From assembly GCA_900556975.1 (NCBI GenBank), contig USQZ01000001.1:3197-67196 (forward strand): a stretch of DNA of 64,000 nt, given 5' to 3'. The notes under the pieces are model-generated. The model searched no databases, was not told the origin of the DNA, and saw only the letters and a list, made by a program, of their open reading frames with translations. How positions within the stretch are numbered: position 1 is the first letter of the stretch; the number at the start of each line of letters is the position of its first letter. This DNA is from an uncultured Clostridium sp. (GTDB taxonomy: Bacteria > Bacillota > Clostridia > TANB77 > CAG-508). This document shows, piece after piece, positions 38,303 to 47,844 of the stretch. Both the position numbers and the translations under genes were made by a program.

Positions 38303-38563
38303 TTGAATTTATATTGGAAATACAAAAAAATTGAATGAAATAAATGTATAAGGACAAAATTGATATTTTAATATTTGCAGTTATTATAACTTTGTAGAGT
38401 ATACAATTTTGTTCGTTTATGAAATTTGTAAGGCAGATTTTTGTGTATTGTAGAAATTTTAGAGAATATATATATAAATAAAAGGCAACAGAATCATCTG
38501 TTGCCTTTTTACAAGAAAGTCTTGTATTAACCCAAAATAATAACAAATAAATATTTTTGGCTT

Positions 38564-38746
38564 TTACCGCTCAAACATATCAAAATATTCCCTGAAGGTT
38601 AACCCATCAGCATTATTTTCAATAACATATTCTCCCATTCGTTCGAAAACACTTAAAAAATATTTCCGTTGTTGGGTTGATTTTAGTTTCAAAAGTTCGC
38701 TTTTTAGTTCATCTCCATAAGTCATTTCCCAGTAGCTGTATGACAT
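38564..38746 (-). CDS. small hypothetical protein (60 aa) in a higher-GC cassette
   Basis: SD GAGGAGG lies 7 nt before the ATG at 38746. Own promoter TTGATT-17-TATAAT (38805-38833, minus strand). Two in-frame CGG Arg codons. Confidence 0.5.
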   Translation of the reverse strand: MSYSYWEMTYGDELKSELLKLKSTQQRKYFLSVFERMGEYVIENNADGLTFREYFDMFER

Positions 38747-38905
38747 GTGTGTGCCTCCTCTCATATAAAGACATATGAAAATTGATAAGTGTTTTGATAG
38801 CTGTATTATAATAGCATTTTCTTAAATAATCAAGATAATTTAAAAAAATAAAATTGTAACATTGAGTTGTTTAGCAATAAGTGATATATTAAATAAAACA
38901 AAATT

Positions 38906-40975
38906 TTGCAAATAATAGGAGATAAAAAATTGGATTTAAATAAAAATGTACAGTTTATAAAGGGTGTAGGAGAGGCGAGAGCTAAGCTTTTGAATCGCCT
39001 TGGAATTTATGAATTAAAAGATTTAATTACGTATTATCCTAGAACATATGAAGATAGAAGTATTCCTAAAAAAATTGAAGAACTTGTTGATGGTGAGGAA
39101 GCTTTAATTGAAGTAATGCCTGTTACAAGAGTAAGTGAAGTTAGAATTAGAAGAAATATGACGATATTAAAAATGAATGCAAGAGATGATACAGGTGTGT
39201 GTCAAATGACATGGTTTAATCAGTCATATTTAAAAGGTATGTTTAAACCTGGTGAATATTATAAATTTTATGGAAAAGTTTCTAAAAAGGGGAATAAAGT
39301 TGAAATGAATTCGCCTGTTTATGATAAGGCTGAAGATACTAAAAATACAGGCAGAATAATACCAATTTATCCAACAACATTTAAGCTTTCACAAACAACA
39401 CTTAGAAAAATTATTGAAAATGGTTTGAGTGAAATGAATGGAAAGATTGATGAGAGTTTACCTGAATATTTAATAGATGAGTATAAATTACTAGATTTAA
39501 ATACTGCTGTTAAGCAAATCCATTTTCCAGATAGTTTTGATGATTTTAATTTAGCAAGAAAAAGATTAGTTTTTGAGGAATTATTGTCAATGCAACTTGC
39601 ATTGCTTGCTTTGAAAAATCAGTATTCTAAGGATGTTAAAGGAATTGCTTTTGATAAAGATGCTAAGATGTCAGACGTTATTAATAAATTACCGTTTTCT
39701 TTAACTAAGGCTCAGCTTAGAGTTTTAGAAGAAATTGACTCAGATATGGAACGAGAAAAGCCAATGAATAGATTGCTTCAAGGGGATGTTGGTTCAGGTA
39801 AAACCGTTGTAGCATTAATTGCTGCATATAAGTGTGTTAAAAGTGGATATCAAGCTGCCATAATGGCGCCAACTGCGATTTTAGCTAGTCAGCATTTGGA
39901 GAGTTTTTCAGAAATTTTAAAAGATACTGGCATTCGATGTGAGTTGCTTATTAGTGGAATTACAAAAAAGAAAAAAGAGGATATTTTAAAAAGGCTAGAA
40001 GCGGGTGAAATAGATATTTTACTTGGTACACATGCATTATTAGAAGAGAATGTTGTGTTTAAAAATTTAGGATTAGTTGTTACAGATGAGCAACATAGAT
40101 TTGGTGTAAGACAGAGAAGTATAATTACACAAAAAGGTGATAATCCAGATGTTTTAGTTATGACTGCAACTCCAATTCCAAGGACTTTGGCGTTGATTTT
40201 GTATGGCGATTTGGATATCTCAATTATTGATGAGTTGCCTCCTAATAGAAAGAAAATTGAAACATATGCTGTTACTAAAGGAATGGATCAGAGAGTTAAT
40301 AATTTCTTAAAGCAACAGATTGATCAAGGAAGGCAGGCATATATTGTTTGTCCTCTTGTAGAAGAAAATGAAGAAATTAATGCAAAATCTGTTATGGAAC
40401 TTGCGGAACATTATAAAAATGAAGTTTTTTCAGATTATAGAGTAGAGTATTTGCATGGAAAAATGAAGCCAAAAGAGAAAGATGCAATAATGGAAGAATT
40501 TAAAAATGGGAATATTGATATTCTAATTTCTACTACTGTTATTGAGGTCGGTGTTAATGTCCCTAATAGTAATATTATGGTTGTTGAAAATGCTGAGAGG
40601 TTTGGCTTGGCTCAGCTTCACCAATTGAGAGGAAGAGTTGGAAGAGGTGAGTATCAATCATATTGTATACTAAAATATAATGGAAATTCGCAAGTAATAA
40701 GAGAGCGTATGAAGGTTATGACTTCAACTAATGATGGATTTGTTATTTCAGAAAAAGATTTGGAACTTCGTGGTACTGGTGAGTTCTTTGGAACAAAGCA
40801 ACATGGTTTACCTGAATTTAAAATTGCAAATTTATTTGAAGATATTGGAATACTAAAGGCTGTTCAAGCGATTGCAATTAAAATTATTAATGATGATCCA
40901 AAGCTGGAAAAAGATAAAAATAAATTACTTAAAAAGGTAGTTGATGAAAAATTTGGTAGTAGAATAGAAATATAG
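38906..40975 (+). CDS. recG: ATP-dependent DNA helicase RecG
   Basis: Wedge/OB N-domain. Helicase motifs LLQGDVGSGKTVVA, DEQHRFGV, MTATPIPRT and QLHQLRGRVGRG. An alternative TTG start at 38930 follows AGGAG. Confidence 0.95.
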   Translation: MQIIGDKKLDLNKNVQFIKGVGEARAKLLNRLGIYELKDLITYYPRTYEDRSIPKKIEELVDGEEALIEVMPVTRVSEVRIRRNMTILKMNARDDTGVCQMTWFNQSYLKGMFKPGEYYKFYGKVSKKGNKVEMNSPVYDKAEDTKNTGRIIPIYPTTFKLSQTTLRKIIENGLSEMNGKIDESLPEYLIDEYKLLDLNTAVKQIHFPDSFDDFNLARKRLVFEELLSMQLALLALKNQYSKDVKGIAFDKDAKMSDVINKLPFSLTKAQLRVLEEIDSDMEREKPMNRLLQGDVGSGKTVVALIAAYKCVKSGYQAAIMAPTAILASQHLESFSEILKDTGIRCELLISGITKKKKEDILKRLEAGEIDILLGTHALLEENVVFKNLGLVVTDEQHRFGVRQRSIITQKGDNPDVLVMTATPIPRTLALILYGDLDISIIDELPPNRKKIETYAVTKGMDQRVNNFLKQQIDQGRQAYIVCPLVEENEEINAKSVMELAEHYKNEVFSDYRVEYLHGKMKPKEKDAIMEEFKNGNIDILISTTVIEVGVNVPNSNIMVVENAERFGLAQLHQLRGRVGRGEYQSYCILKYNGNSQVIRERMKVMTSTNDGFVISEKDLELRGTGEFFGTKQHGLPEFKIANLFEDIGILKAVQAIAIKIINDDPKLEKDKNKLLKKVVDEKFGSRIEI

Positions 40976-41108
40976 ATTGTCGAAAATTGCGATGAAATCA
41001 ATAATTGTAGACTTGCAATACAAACAAAATGGTGGTATAATGTTATTGTTAACATAATAAATAAAGCAGCAGGCAGATGTGCCTAAGAGAAAGCATGAGG
41101 TAAAAGAT

Positions 41109-41780
41109 ATGCAGAAGGAAACAAGAAAATTAAGAGTAACTTTTGACAGAGAACGTTTACATTCAGCCATTGTTTTATCTATGAGACGCCGGAGAATTCC
41201 AAAAGAGTTTGTAGGTTACGATATTATTCGTGGTACAGTTTTTGGAATGATTGATCATCCGGAGTATTCATTTGAAGAAGCTATAGCGAAGGCTGTTGAT
41301 GTATGCAGACTTCCAGGTTCACCGGAGACAGTTGAAGATGGAATCGAAGAAGCCTTTGAATGCGTTGACGTAGTGCTTCGCGAAAAGGATTTCTATAATC
41401 CGGAAACAAATGAGAGATATTCTGATGAGCAGCTGGTAGAAAAAGTCGTACAGGCAATGGTATATGACATTTATAAAGATTTCTGCTATACGCAGACAAT
41501 GGCATATATCAAGAAACTTAAGTTGAAAGAAGAGCTCAGAACTGAAGTTATCAAGAACATGTTGTTCAAGAAATTGGTTGCTGATGATTCTACACAGCAG
41601 TGCATCTATGAGTATGCGTTTAAAAAATCTTTTGTTTGGTCAGCTAGCGAGCCGATTACAGATGAAGAGATTATGCAGAAAGTTGATGCAGTTCTTGGAA
41701 AGATTCCAGGAGGATTTACACCGTATGAATATGTCATGAAAATGGCAGATGAAATTTATGCGGAGAATGCAGCAGAGTAA
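41109..41780 (+). CDS. hypothetical protein (about 223 aa) in a higher-GC single-gene cassette
   Basis: Promoter TTGCAA-17-TGnTATAAT (41013-41041). SD GAGG lies 8 nt before the ATG at 41109 (the ORF track starts at GTG 41079). A hairpin follows the stop. No family recognised. Confidence 0.6.
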   Translation: MQKETRKLRVTFDRERLHSAIVLSMRRRRIPKEFVGYDIIRGTVFGMIDHPEYSFEEAIAKAVDVCRLPGSPETVEDGIEEAFECVDVVLREKDFYNPETNERYSDEQLVEKVVQAMVYDIYKDFCYTQTMAYIKKLKLKEELRTEVIKNMLFKKLVADDSTQQCIYEYAFKKSFVWSASEPITDEEIMQKVDAVLGKIPGGFTPYEYVMKMADEIYAENAAE

Positions 41781-42077
41781 AAGTTACATAGTTTTCTGGG
41801 AAGCGCCTATCACTATTGTGGTAGGTGCTTTTCTTAATTTTAACGATAACCCTACAGTTATATTTGGCGATAATTATGGTTTAATAATAGGAAAATTTTC
41901 TGAACTTTTTCATTATATAAAAATAACAATGTTATATGCGAGATTTAAAATGCTATGTATTGTGTTAGTATTTTCTACAATATTTTGCAAAGTGACTAGG
42001 TATTTGTTTGGTCATTGACTTTTGAATATGAAATAGGTATAATGCTAATGTAATTTAAGTAAAAAAGGATGTAGAAA

Positions 42078-42266
42078 ATGGATTTATTTTTAAGAATGTT
42101 AGGTGCAGTATTTGTTTTAATAGGAATAATTTTAATATATGATGCAAGACCAATTACTAAAAAGTTTTTTAGCTTTGGAGATCAAAATGAAGGCGCACTT
42201 GGGCTTAAGATGTTCGGATTTATTTTTACTGTTATAGGAGGAGTTCTATTATTATTTTATTTGTAA
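42078..42266 (+). CDS. small 2-TM membrane protein (62 aa)
   Basis: Promoter TTGACT-17-TATAAT upstream, SD AAGGA, two hydrophobic helices. Confidence 0.5.
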   Translation: MDLFLRMLGAVFVLIGIILIYDARPITKKFFSFGDQNEGALGLKMFGFIFTVIGGVLLLFYL

Positions 42267-42386
42267 TAATAGATTAATATATTAACTATAATAAAAGGAC
42301 AGGAAAAATATTTCTTGTTCTTTTTATCATTTATATAGAAAGAATATAAGACTTTATAAAAAAAGGTTATGGAAGGAGAAATGTTT

Positions 42387-44030
42387 ATGAGAATTACTTA
42401 TGAGGAAAAGGTTTTTGAATCAAATAAACCAGTAAAGGTTAATGAGATTTTAAAAAATGATATTAATGACAAGCATATTGCTTGTATTGTAAATAATCAG
42501 GTTCATGCTCTTGATTATGAAATAAGAGAAGATGCAGAGGTTAGTTTGCTAGATCCTAGTACAAAAGAAGGAAGAAGTGTATATATTAGAGGAATTATGT
42601 ATATAATGGGTAAAGCTTTTCATGATATTTACCAAACTGCATGGCTTACAGTTAATTATCAATTACACAATTCAATGTTTTGTCAATTAGATAATATGGA
42701 ATTAACTGAAGAGATGATACAAAAAGTTAAAAAGAGAATGCAAGAAATTATTGATGCAAAATTGCCAATTACAAAAACAGTTATGACAATGGATGAGGCT
42801 AAGGCTTTTTATGCTCATAGCAAAAATGCTAATGGAAGATTCCAGGTAAATACTCATACTAAAGAAATTTCATTATATTTTTGCGAAGATTATTATAATT
42901 ATTTATATGGACCAATGCCGTTACATACAGGTATGACGCCATATTTTGATATTGAATTATATAAAGATGGATATTTAGTTCGTTATCCAGATAAAAAGAA
43001 ACCTTATGAAATGGGTGAGTATGTTGAAACTAAAAAATTACTTGCTACATTTGATGAATATGAAGATATTTATAGATTATTAAATGTTCATACTGTTCAT
43101 AAATTAAATCAAAAAGTTGAAGATGGTACAATAAATGACTTTATCTTACTTTCTGAAGCTTTGCATGAGAAGAAAATATCAATATTAGCAGATAAAATTT
43201 GTAGAAGAAAAAATGTAAAAATGGTTTTAATTGCTGGTCCTTCTTCTTCAGGAAAAACAACGTTTGCTAGAAAATTATCTTTAGCATTAAGATTAAATGG
43301 ATTAAAGCCAGTTACAATTTCTGTTGATAATTATTTTGTTGAAAGACAAGATACTCCTAGGGATGAATTTGGAAATTATGATTTTGAATGTATTGAGGCT
43401 ATTGATCTTGATTTGTTTAATGATCATTTAGTTAAGTTGTTAAATGGTGAAACTGTTGAAGTTCCTAAGTTTGATTTTAAAGTAGGAACTAAGAGATATG
43501 ATGGAACTACAATGTCACTTGGTAAAAATGATATTTTAGTAATTGAAGGTATTCATTGTTTAAACGATAGGTTAACAAAAGCTATTCCAAAGGATGAAAA
43601 AGTTAAGATTTATATCAGCGATTTAACTGTTTTAAATATTGATTATTTCAACAGAATTTCTACTACAGATACACGTTTGATTAGAAGAATTGTTAGAGAT
43701 TATAAATTTCGAGGATATGATGCTTTAAATACTTTGAAGAGTTGGTATTCTGTAAATAGAGGTGAGGAGAAGAATATTTATCCATATCAAGAAGAAGCGG
43801 ATTATATGTTTAATTCTTCACTTATTTATGAACTTGCTGTTCAGAAAAAATATGCAATTCCTTTATTAAAAGAAATTGATAGAAGTCATAAGGAATATGG
43901 GGAAGCTCAAAGATTAATTGAATTTTTGGAGTATTTTGATGATATTCCAGATGATGATATTCCAAATACTTCACTATTAAGAGAGTTTATTGGTGGCAGT
44001 ATTTATCATAAGGAGACGAAAAAGAAATAA
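42387..44030 (+). CDS. uridine kinase/phosphoribulokinase-family P-loop kinase with a ThrRS-like (TGS/SAD-like) N-terminal extension
   Basis: Walker A LIAGPSSSGKTTFARKL. The uridine-kinase-like C-half includes LVIEGIHCLN. SD GGAAGGAG lies before the ATG at 42387. Confidence 0.7.
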   Translation: MRITYEEKVFESNKPVKVNEILKNDINDKHIACIVNNQVHALDYEIREDAEVSLLDPSTKEGRSVYIRGIMYIMGKAFHDIYQTAWLTVNYQLHNSMFCQLDNMELTEEMIQKVKKRMQEIIDAKLPITKTVMTMDEAKAFYAHSKNANGRFQVNTHTKEISLYFCEDYYNYLYGPMPLHTGMTPYFDIELYKDGYLVRYPDKKKPYEMGEYVETKKLLATFDEYEDIYRLLNVHTVHKLNQKVEDGTINDFILLSEALHEKKISILADKICRRKNVKMVLIAGPSSSGKTTFARKLSLALRLNGLKPVTISVDNYFVERQDTPRDEFGNYDFECIEAIDLDLFNDHLVKLLNGETVEVPKFDFKVGTKRYDGTTMSLGKNDILVIEGIHCLNDRLTKAIPKDEKVKIYISDLTVLNIDYFNRISTTDTRLIRRIVRDYKFRGYDALNTLKSWYSVNRGEEKNIYPYQEEADYMFNSSLIYELAVQKKYAIPLLKEIDRSHKEYGEAQRLIEFLEYFDDIPDDDIPNTSLLREFIGGSIYHKETKKK

Positions 44031-44335
44031 TGGCTAATTTTGTTGTTATAGATGAAGAATTTATTTGTGAAAATTGTGGATTTCATGTTCCTAAATTAGG
44101 GTATTCTTGTAGAAATCACTGTCCTAAATGTTTACACTCAAAACATGTTGATATTAATCCTGGAGATAGAGAAGAGACTTGCCATGGGGATTTAGAGCCT
44201 GTTGGTTTGGAGATTGGAAAAAAAGGATATGTGATAGTGTTTAGATGTAAGAAATGTGGAGCAATAAGAAAAAACAAGGCAGCAGATGATGATGATATGA
44301 ATTTACTTATAGAATTGAGTACAAAACAATATTAA
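44030..44335 (+). CDS. RNHCP domain-containing zinc-ribbon protein
   Basis: The literal motif CRNHCPKCLHSKH plus further CxxC pairs. The start overlaps the previous stop (TAATG). Confidence 0.8.
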   Translation: MANFVVIDEEFICENCGFHVPKLGYSCRNHCPKCLHSKHVDINPGDREETCHGDLEPVGLEIGKKGYVIVFRCKKCGAIRKNKAADDDDMNLLIELSTKQY

Positions 44336-44433
44336 TGTAAATACTATATTTTGGTAAAAAACACGAAAAGTATTGAAAAATCATGAAAAAGATGATAGAA
44401 TAATTGTTACACAAAATATAGGAGGTGCTTTTT

Positions 44434-44937
44434 ATGAAAAGAGAACGGAAGAAACTGAGGGTGCAACTTGCTGATGAAGATATGATTCTGTTAAAAGTGC
44501 CGGATAAAGGTATTGTTGAATGGAAAATTCTTCAGGTTTCAAAGGATTTTGTTGAGTTTGAGTATGCTCTTGATGATGTAATCTTTCGTCCCGGTGAATG
44601 GAACGAATGCAGACGCGAGCATATAAGACACTATGTTCTGGATCCAAAGAAGCAGAAAATCTGGCGTGCAACTGTTGCTTATACAAGTGCATTGATTGAT
44701 TTGAAAGCTAAGAGACCGTTTGTATTTTGCACACATGGTAAGTTGATGCCGGTTAAATTGTCATCAGCTGAACTTGGTGATTATATGTGCTGTGGAGATC
44801 CTTCCAAAGATATAGAGCCAAGATTTTATCAGTTGAGAGGATTTAACTTTAACCGGTTACCAATGCAGAATGTTCGACCAATCGGATTTTTCGCAGAAAG
44901 CGGTAAAACCTACGAGCTCAAGGTAGTTGAGCTGTAA
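44434..44937 (+). CDS. hypothetical protein (about 167 aa) in a higher-GC single-gene cassette
   Basis: Promoter TTGAAA-17-TGnTAGAAT (44373-44401). AGGAGG lies 8 nt before the ATG at 44434. A GC-rich terminator follows. No family recognised. Confidence 0.6.
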   Translation: MKRERKKLRVQLADEDMILLKVPDKGIVEWKILQVSKDFVEFEYALDDVIFRPGEWNECRREHIRHYVLDPKKQKIWRATVAYTSALIDLKAKRPFVFCTHGKLMPVKLSSAELGDYMCCGDPSKDIEPRFYQLRGFNFNRLPMQNVRPIGFFAESGKTYELKVVEL

Positions 44938-44956
44938 CAATGTGTAATAACAAAAA

Positions 44957-44988
44957 GCGGATGCGGTATATTTACCGCACCGTTTTTT
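44957..44988 (+). terminator. GC-rich intrinsic terminator of the 44.4-kb cassette
   Basis: Hairpin gcggatgcggta/taccgcaccg followed by T6. Confidence 0.8.
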
Positions 44989-45059
44989 GTAAGATAAGAT
45001 ATTTGAAAAAGTAGAGTATAGAAATTTGATTAAAAAATTGTATTTAAACATAGAGATAG

Positions 45060-45107
45060 AAAAACAAGTTACTTTAAAATATTTTGTTTTTAAAGTAACT
45101 TGTTTTT
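45060..45107. terminator. hairpin terminator downstream of the U32 gene (minus strand)
   Basis: aaaaacaagttactttaaaa / ttaaagtaacttgttttt, a near-perfect stem of about 19 bp. Confidence 0.75.
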
Positions 45108-47525
45108 CTATATTTCTCTATTTAAATTTGCATTTGTGTATTGATTTCCTTTTAATTTTTCACCTTTAGTAACTGTGTCGACTATTTGTTGTATTTCGGA
45201 AATATTTTCTTCCAAAATATCTATTCGAAGAGAAGTAATATTTTTAAAGTCATTTGGTGCAATTGATGTGATTTTTGAATTGTATAATGTAGATACAGTT
45301 TGTATGTTGTCTGGTTCGATTGGAAATTTTAAATTTAATCTATCTTTTAAATAATAGTTGTTATCTGTGTTACATCTCATTTTACATTCTGGATAGCATC
45401 TATTGCTTTTTCCAAGTGGACAGTAATTCATATTCATTAACGGTGTTCTACCATAGCAAATTAATTCTTGATTTGATATTTCTAAAAATTTATCTATGGT
45501 GCTTTTATCTAGTTCTGGTGAAATTGTGAATTTATTTATTCCTAGTTTATCAAGTTCAGCTAATGTGCGTTGATTAAAAATGTTAAATGTGTAGTTTGCA
45601 ATAAATTCAAAATTTTCTGTATTGAAATCTTTTAAAAACTTGAAGTTTGATATATTGGAAAGAATGAATCCTTTGATATTGTAAGTATTGATAGTTTTTT
45701 CTATATTGGCTGCAAGTAGATTTCTATAGTTAGATTTTATTATAGTAGGTAAATAAATATATAGATTAAATTTATTACTTAGGCCATTTATTACTTGTTC
45801 ATATTTCTTTTGAGTAAAGAATTTTAACGGGATATATATGTTATTTATTCCTTGTAAGCTTGTATAATCTTCGTTTAAATTGATTTTATTTAATAGTAAA
45901 GATATTGTTTTTCCTTGATTTGTTTTATTATAGTAGTTCATATTTTCAAATTCTTTATCTGTTGCTCTTTGAATTTTACTTTTTGCAAAGTCTTCAACTA
46001 GTGTAAGGGCAGTTCTTCTAAGTTCATTTAATGCTTTTATGTTTGGTAAGAATGTGTTTTCGTCTAATTTTATTTTAATATTTTTAAAGTAATAAGGTGT
46101 GTTATTTGTTTTTGTAATTTGTGATATTACTTTTTCTTTTTCTAGAGGATGTTTTATTGAGTCTGTTGGAATTGCATCAATTTCACAATAGATATTTAAC
46201 TTCCTATATATTTCTAAATCACAAGCAGAACTTACATGTATTGAAATTGGTGAGTTTTTAACAATTTTTATTTCACAGTTAAGAGGTATTTTTTTAGTTT
46301 GAATGTCGTTTTCAAAAGAAGAGTAGGCAAGTGATGTTAGCGGTTTTGATGACATTTTATATATTTTATCTCCAACTTTAATATTTCCTTTCATTCTACC
46401 AATGGTTACAAAATCGTTTGGATTAGCTGTTTTTATGTTAGTATTTTTAGTCATTAATTCGGAAATTGTGTATGTTCCATTTTCTTTTTCTAAGGCAATT
46501 GTATCTCCAATTTCAACTGGTTCGTTTAAGTTAAGTGTGATTAAACCTTTTGACGGATTATATTTGGCAACATGACCTAAAAATAATCCCATATTATTAG
46601 GCTTTTCAGAGAATATCAAATCTTTATTTGCATGAGGATTTAGATGTCCTGATGAGAAGTTACCTCTATTAAATACTTGCATTAAATCTTTTCTGTCTTG
46701 TTCATCTATTTTGTATGGTTTATTTGATTTAGCTAAATTGATATATTTTCTATAAATTCTTGTAACTGTTGCAACGTATTCAGGTGATTTCATTCTTCCT
46801 TCAACTTTTAATGATTTTACGCCACAATTTATTAGTCTTGGTAGGTAGTCTAGTGAGCATAAATCTCTAGGACTTAATAAGTAGCCCTTATCCAAAGTTG
46901 TTTTTCCATTTTCTATAAGTTCGTATGGAAGTCTACAACTCTGTGCACATTTGCCACGGTTTCCTGAACGTCCACCAATCATACTAGAAAATAAACATTG
47001 ACCAGAATATGAAATACAAAGAGCACCATGAATAAAACATTCTATTTCAATGTTTGAATTTTCACAAATATATTCAATTTCTTCAATTGATAATTCACGG
47101 GATAGAACAACTCTTGAAAAACCAAGTTCTTGTAATTCTAAAACTCCTTGAAGATTATGTACAGACATTTGTGTGCTAGCATGAATAGGTAGGTCTGGAA
47201 AGTTTTTGATAAGCATTTTTGCGAGACCTAAATCTTGAACTATTATTGCATCTATTCCAGATTCATATGCTTTTTTTGCAACATTAAACGCTGATTCTAG
47301 TTCATCATCTTTTATTAATATATTTAGTGTTAAATTTGTTTTAACACCTCTAATTTTACAATATTCGATAGCTTTTGCGAGTTCATCATCATCAAAATTA
47401 TTTGCATATGCACGAGCACTGAATAGGTTTGCTCCAAAATATATGCAGTTTGCTCCGTTTTGTACAGCAGCTTTAAGACATTCAAAATCACCGGCTGGTG
47501 ACAAAAGTTCTATTTCTGACTCCAT
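45108..47525 (-). CDS. U32 family peptidase-like protein (long form with a C-terminal DUF3656-like region)
   Basis: The N-terminus ELLSPAGDFECLKAAVQNGANCIYFG and the CxxxxxC-rich core are typical of U32 (collagenase-like / RNA hydroxylation-associated family). Confidence 0.85.
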   Translation of the reverse strand: MESEIELLSPAGDFECLKAAVQNGANCIYFGANLFSARAYANNFDDDELAKAIEYCKIRGVKTNLTLNILIKDDELESAFNVAKKAYESGIDAIIVQDLGLAKMLIKNFPDLPIHASTQMSVHNLQGVLELQELGFSRVVLSRELSIEEIEYICENSNIEIECFIHGALCISYSGQCLFSSMIGGRSGNRGKCAQSCRLPYELIENGKTTLDKGYLLSPRDLCSLDYLPRLINCGVKSLKVEGRMKSPEYVATVTRIYRKYINLAKSNKPYKIDEQDRKDLMQVFNRGNFSSGHLNPHANKDLIFSEKPNNMGLFLGHVAKYNPSKGLITLNLNEPVEIGDTIALEKENGTYTISELMTKNTNIKTANPNDFVTIGRMKGNIKVGDKIYKMSSKPLTSLAYSSFENDIQTKKIPLNCEIKIVKNSPISIHVSSACDLEIYRKLNIYCEIDAIPTDSIKHPLEKEKVISQITKTNNTPYYFKNIKIKLDENTFLPNIKALNELRRTALTLVEDFAKSKIQRATDKEFENMNYYNKTNQGKTISLLLNKINLNEDYTSLQGINNIYIPLKFFTQKKYEQVINGLSNKFNLYIYLPTIIKSNYRNLLAANIEKTINTYNIKGFILSNISNFKFLKDFNTENFEFIANYTFNIFNQRTLAELDKLGINKFTISPELDKSTIDKFLEISNQELICYGRTPLMNMNYCPLGKSNRCYPECKMRCNTDNNYYLKDRLNLKFPIEPDNIQTVSTLYNSKITSIAPNDFKNITSLRIDILEENISEIQQIVDTVTKGEKLKGNQYTNANLNREI

Positions 47526-47550
47526 AATTTTTCCTCTTTTCTTTTTTTAG

Positions 47551-47695
47551 AACCAAAGCGGACATTAATAATGGTTGCACTGATTATAACTTTTTAAGTC
47601 CGCGTTTTTGTTCATGTGCGAAATTTGCAAAGCAAATTTCTGTGTATAGTTAAATTTATATAATAGAAAGTTCTTCAATCTTTCCTATTATATAA
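47551..47695 (-). repeat. about 140-nt promoter/operator-like module upstream of the U32 gene. A second copy lies at 63869-64000 in the opposite genomic orientation.
   Basis: The reverse complement aligns by eye at about 75-80 percent with 63869-64000. It contains the palindrome gaaatttgc-aaa-gcaaatttc (47620-47640), a gttataat -10 element (reverse complement of 47583-47590) and a hairpin at 47659-47692. Confidence 0.75.
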
Positions 47696-47844
47696 AATTA
47701 TTATATCATAAAAAAATTTTTAGTATAGAGAAGAAGAATGGAAAATGTAACAAAAATAACATATTTATTTTATTGACTAAAAAATACGTATAATATATAC
47801 TAATTTTGAATAAAAATGCCGTATTTTGCGGTGAGGAGGAACAA

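Noticed and set aside
38277-38546. ORF 38277-38546(-), and likewise 40864-41170(-), 19959-20213(-), 5731-5973(-) and 44857-45051(-)
   Set aside because: They lie in AT-rich intergenic or gene-end DNA, lack SD sequences and overlap promoters or terminators of confident genes.
41749-42018. ORF 41749-42018(+)
   Set aside because: It starts inside the end of cassette A, crosses that cassette's terminator hairpin and continues through AT-rich spacer DNA. It has no SD.
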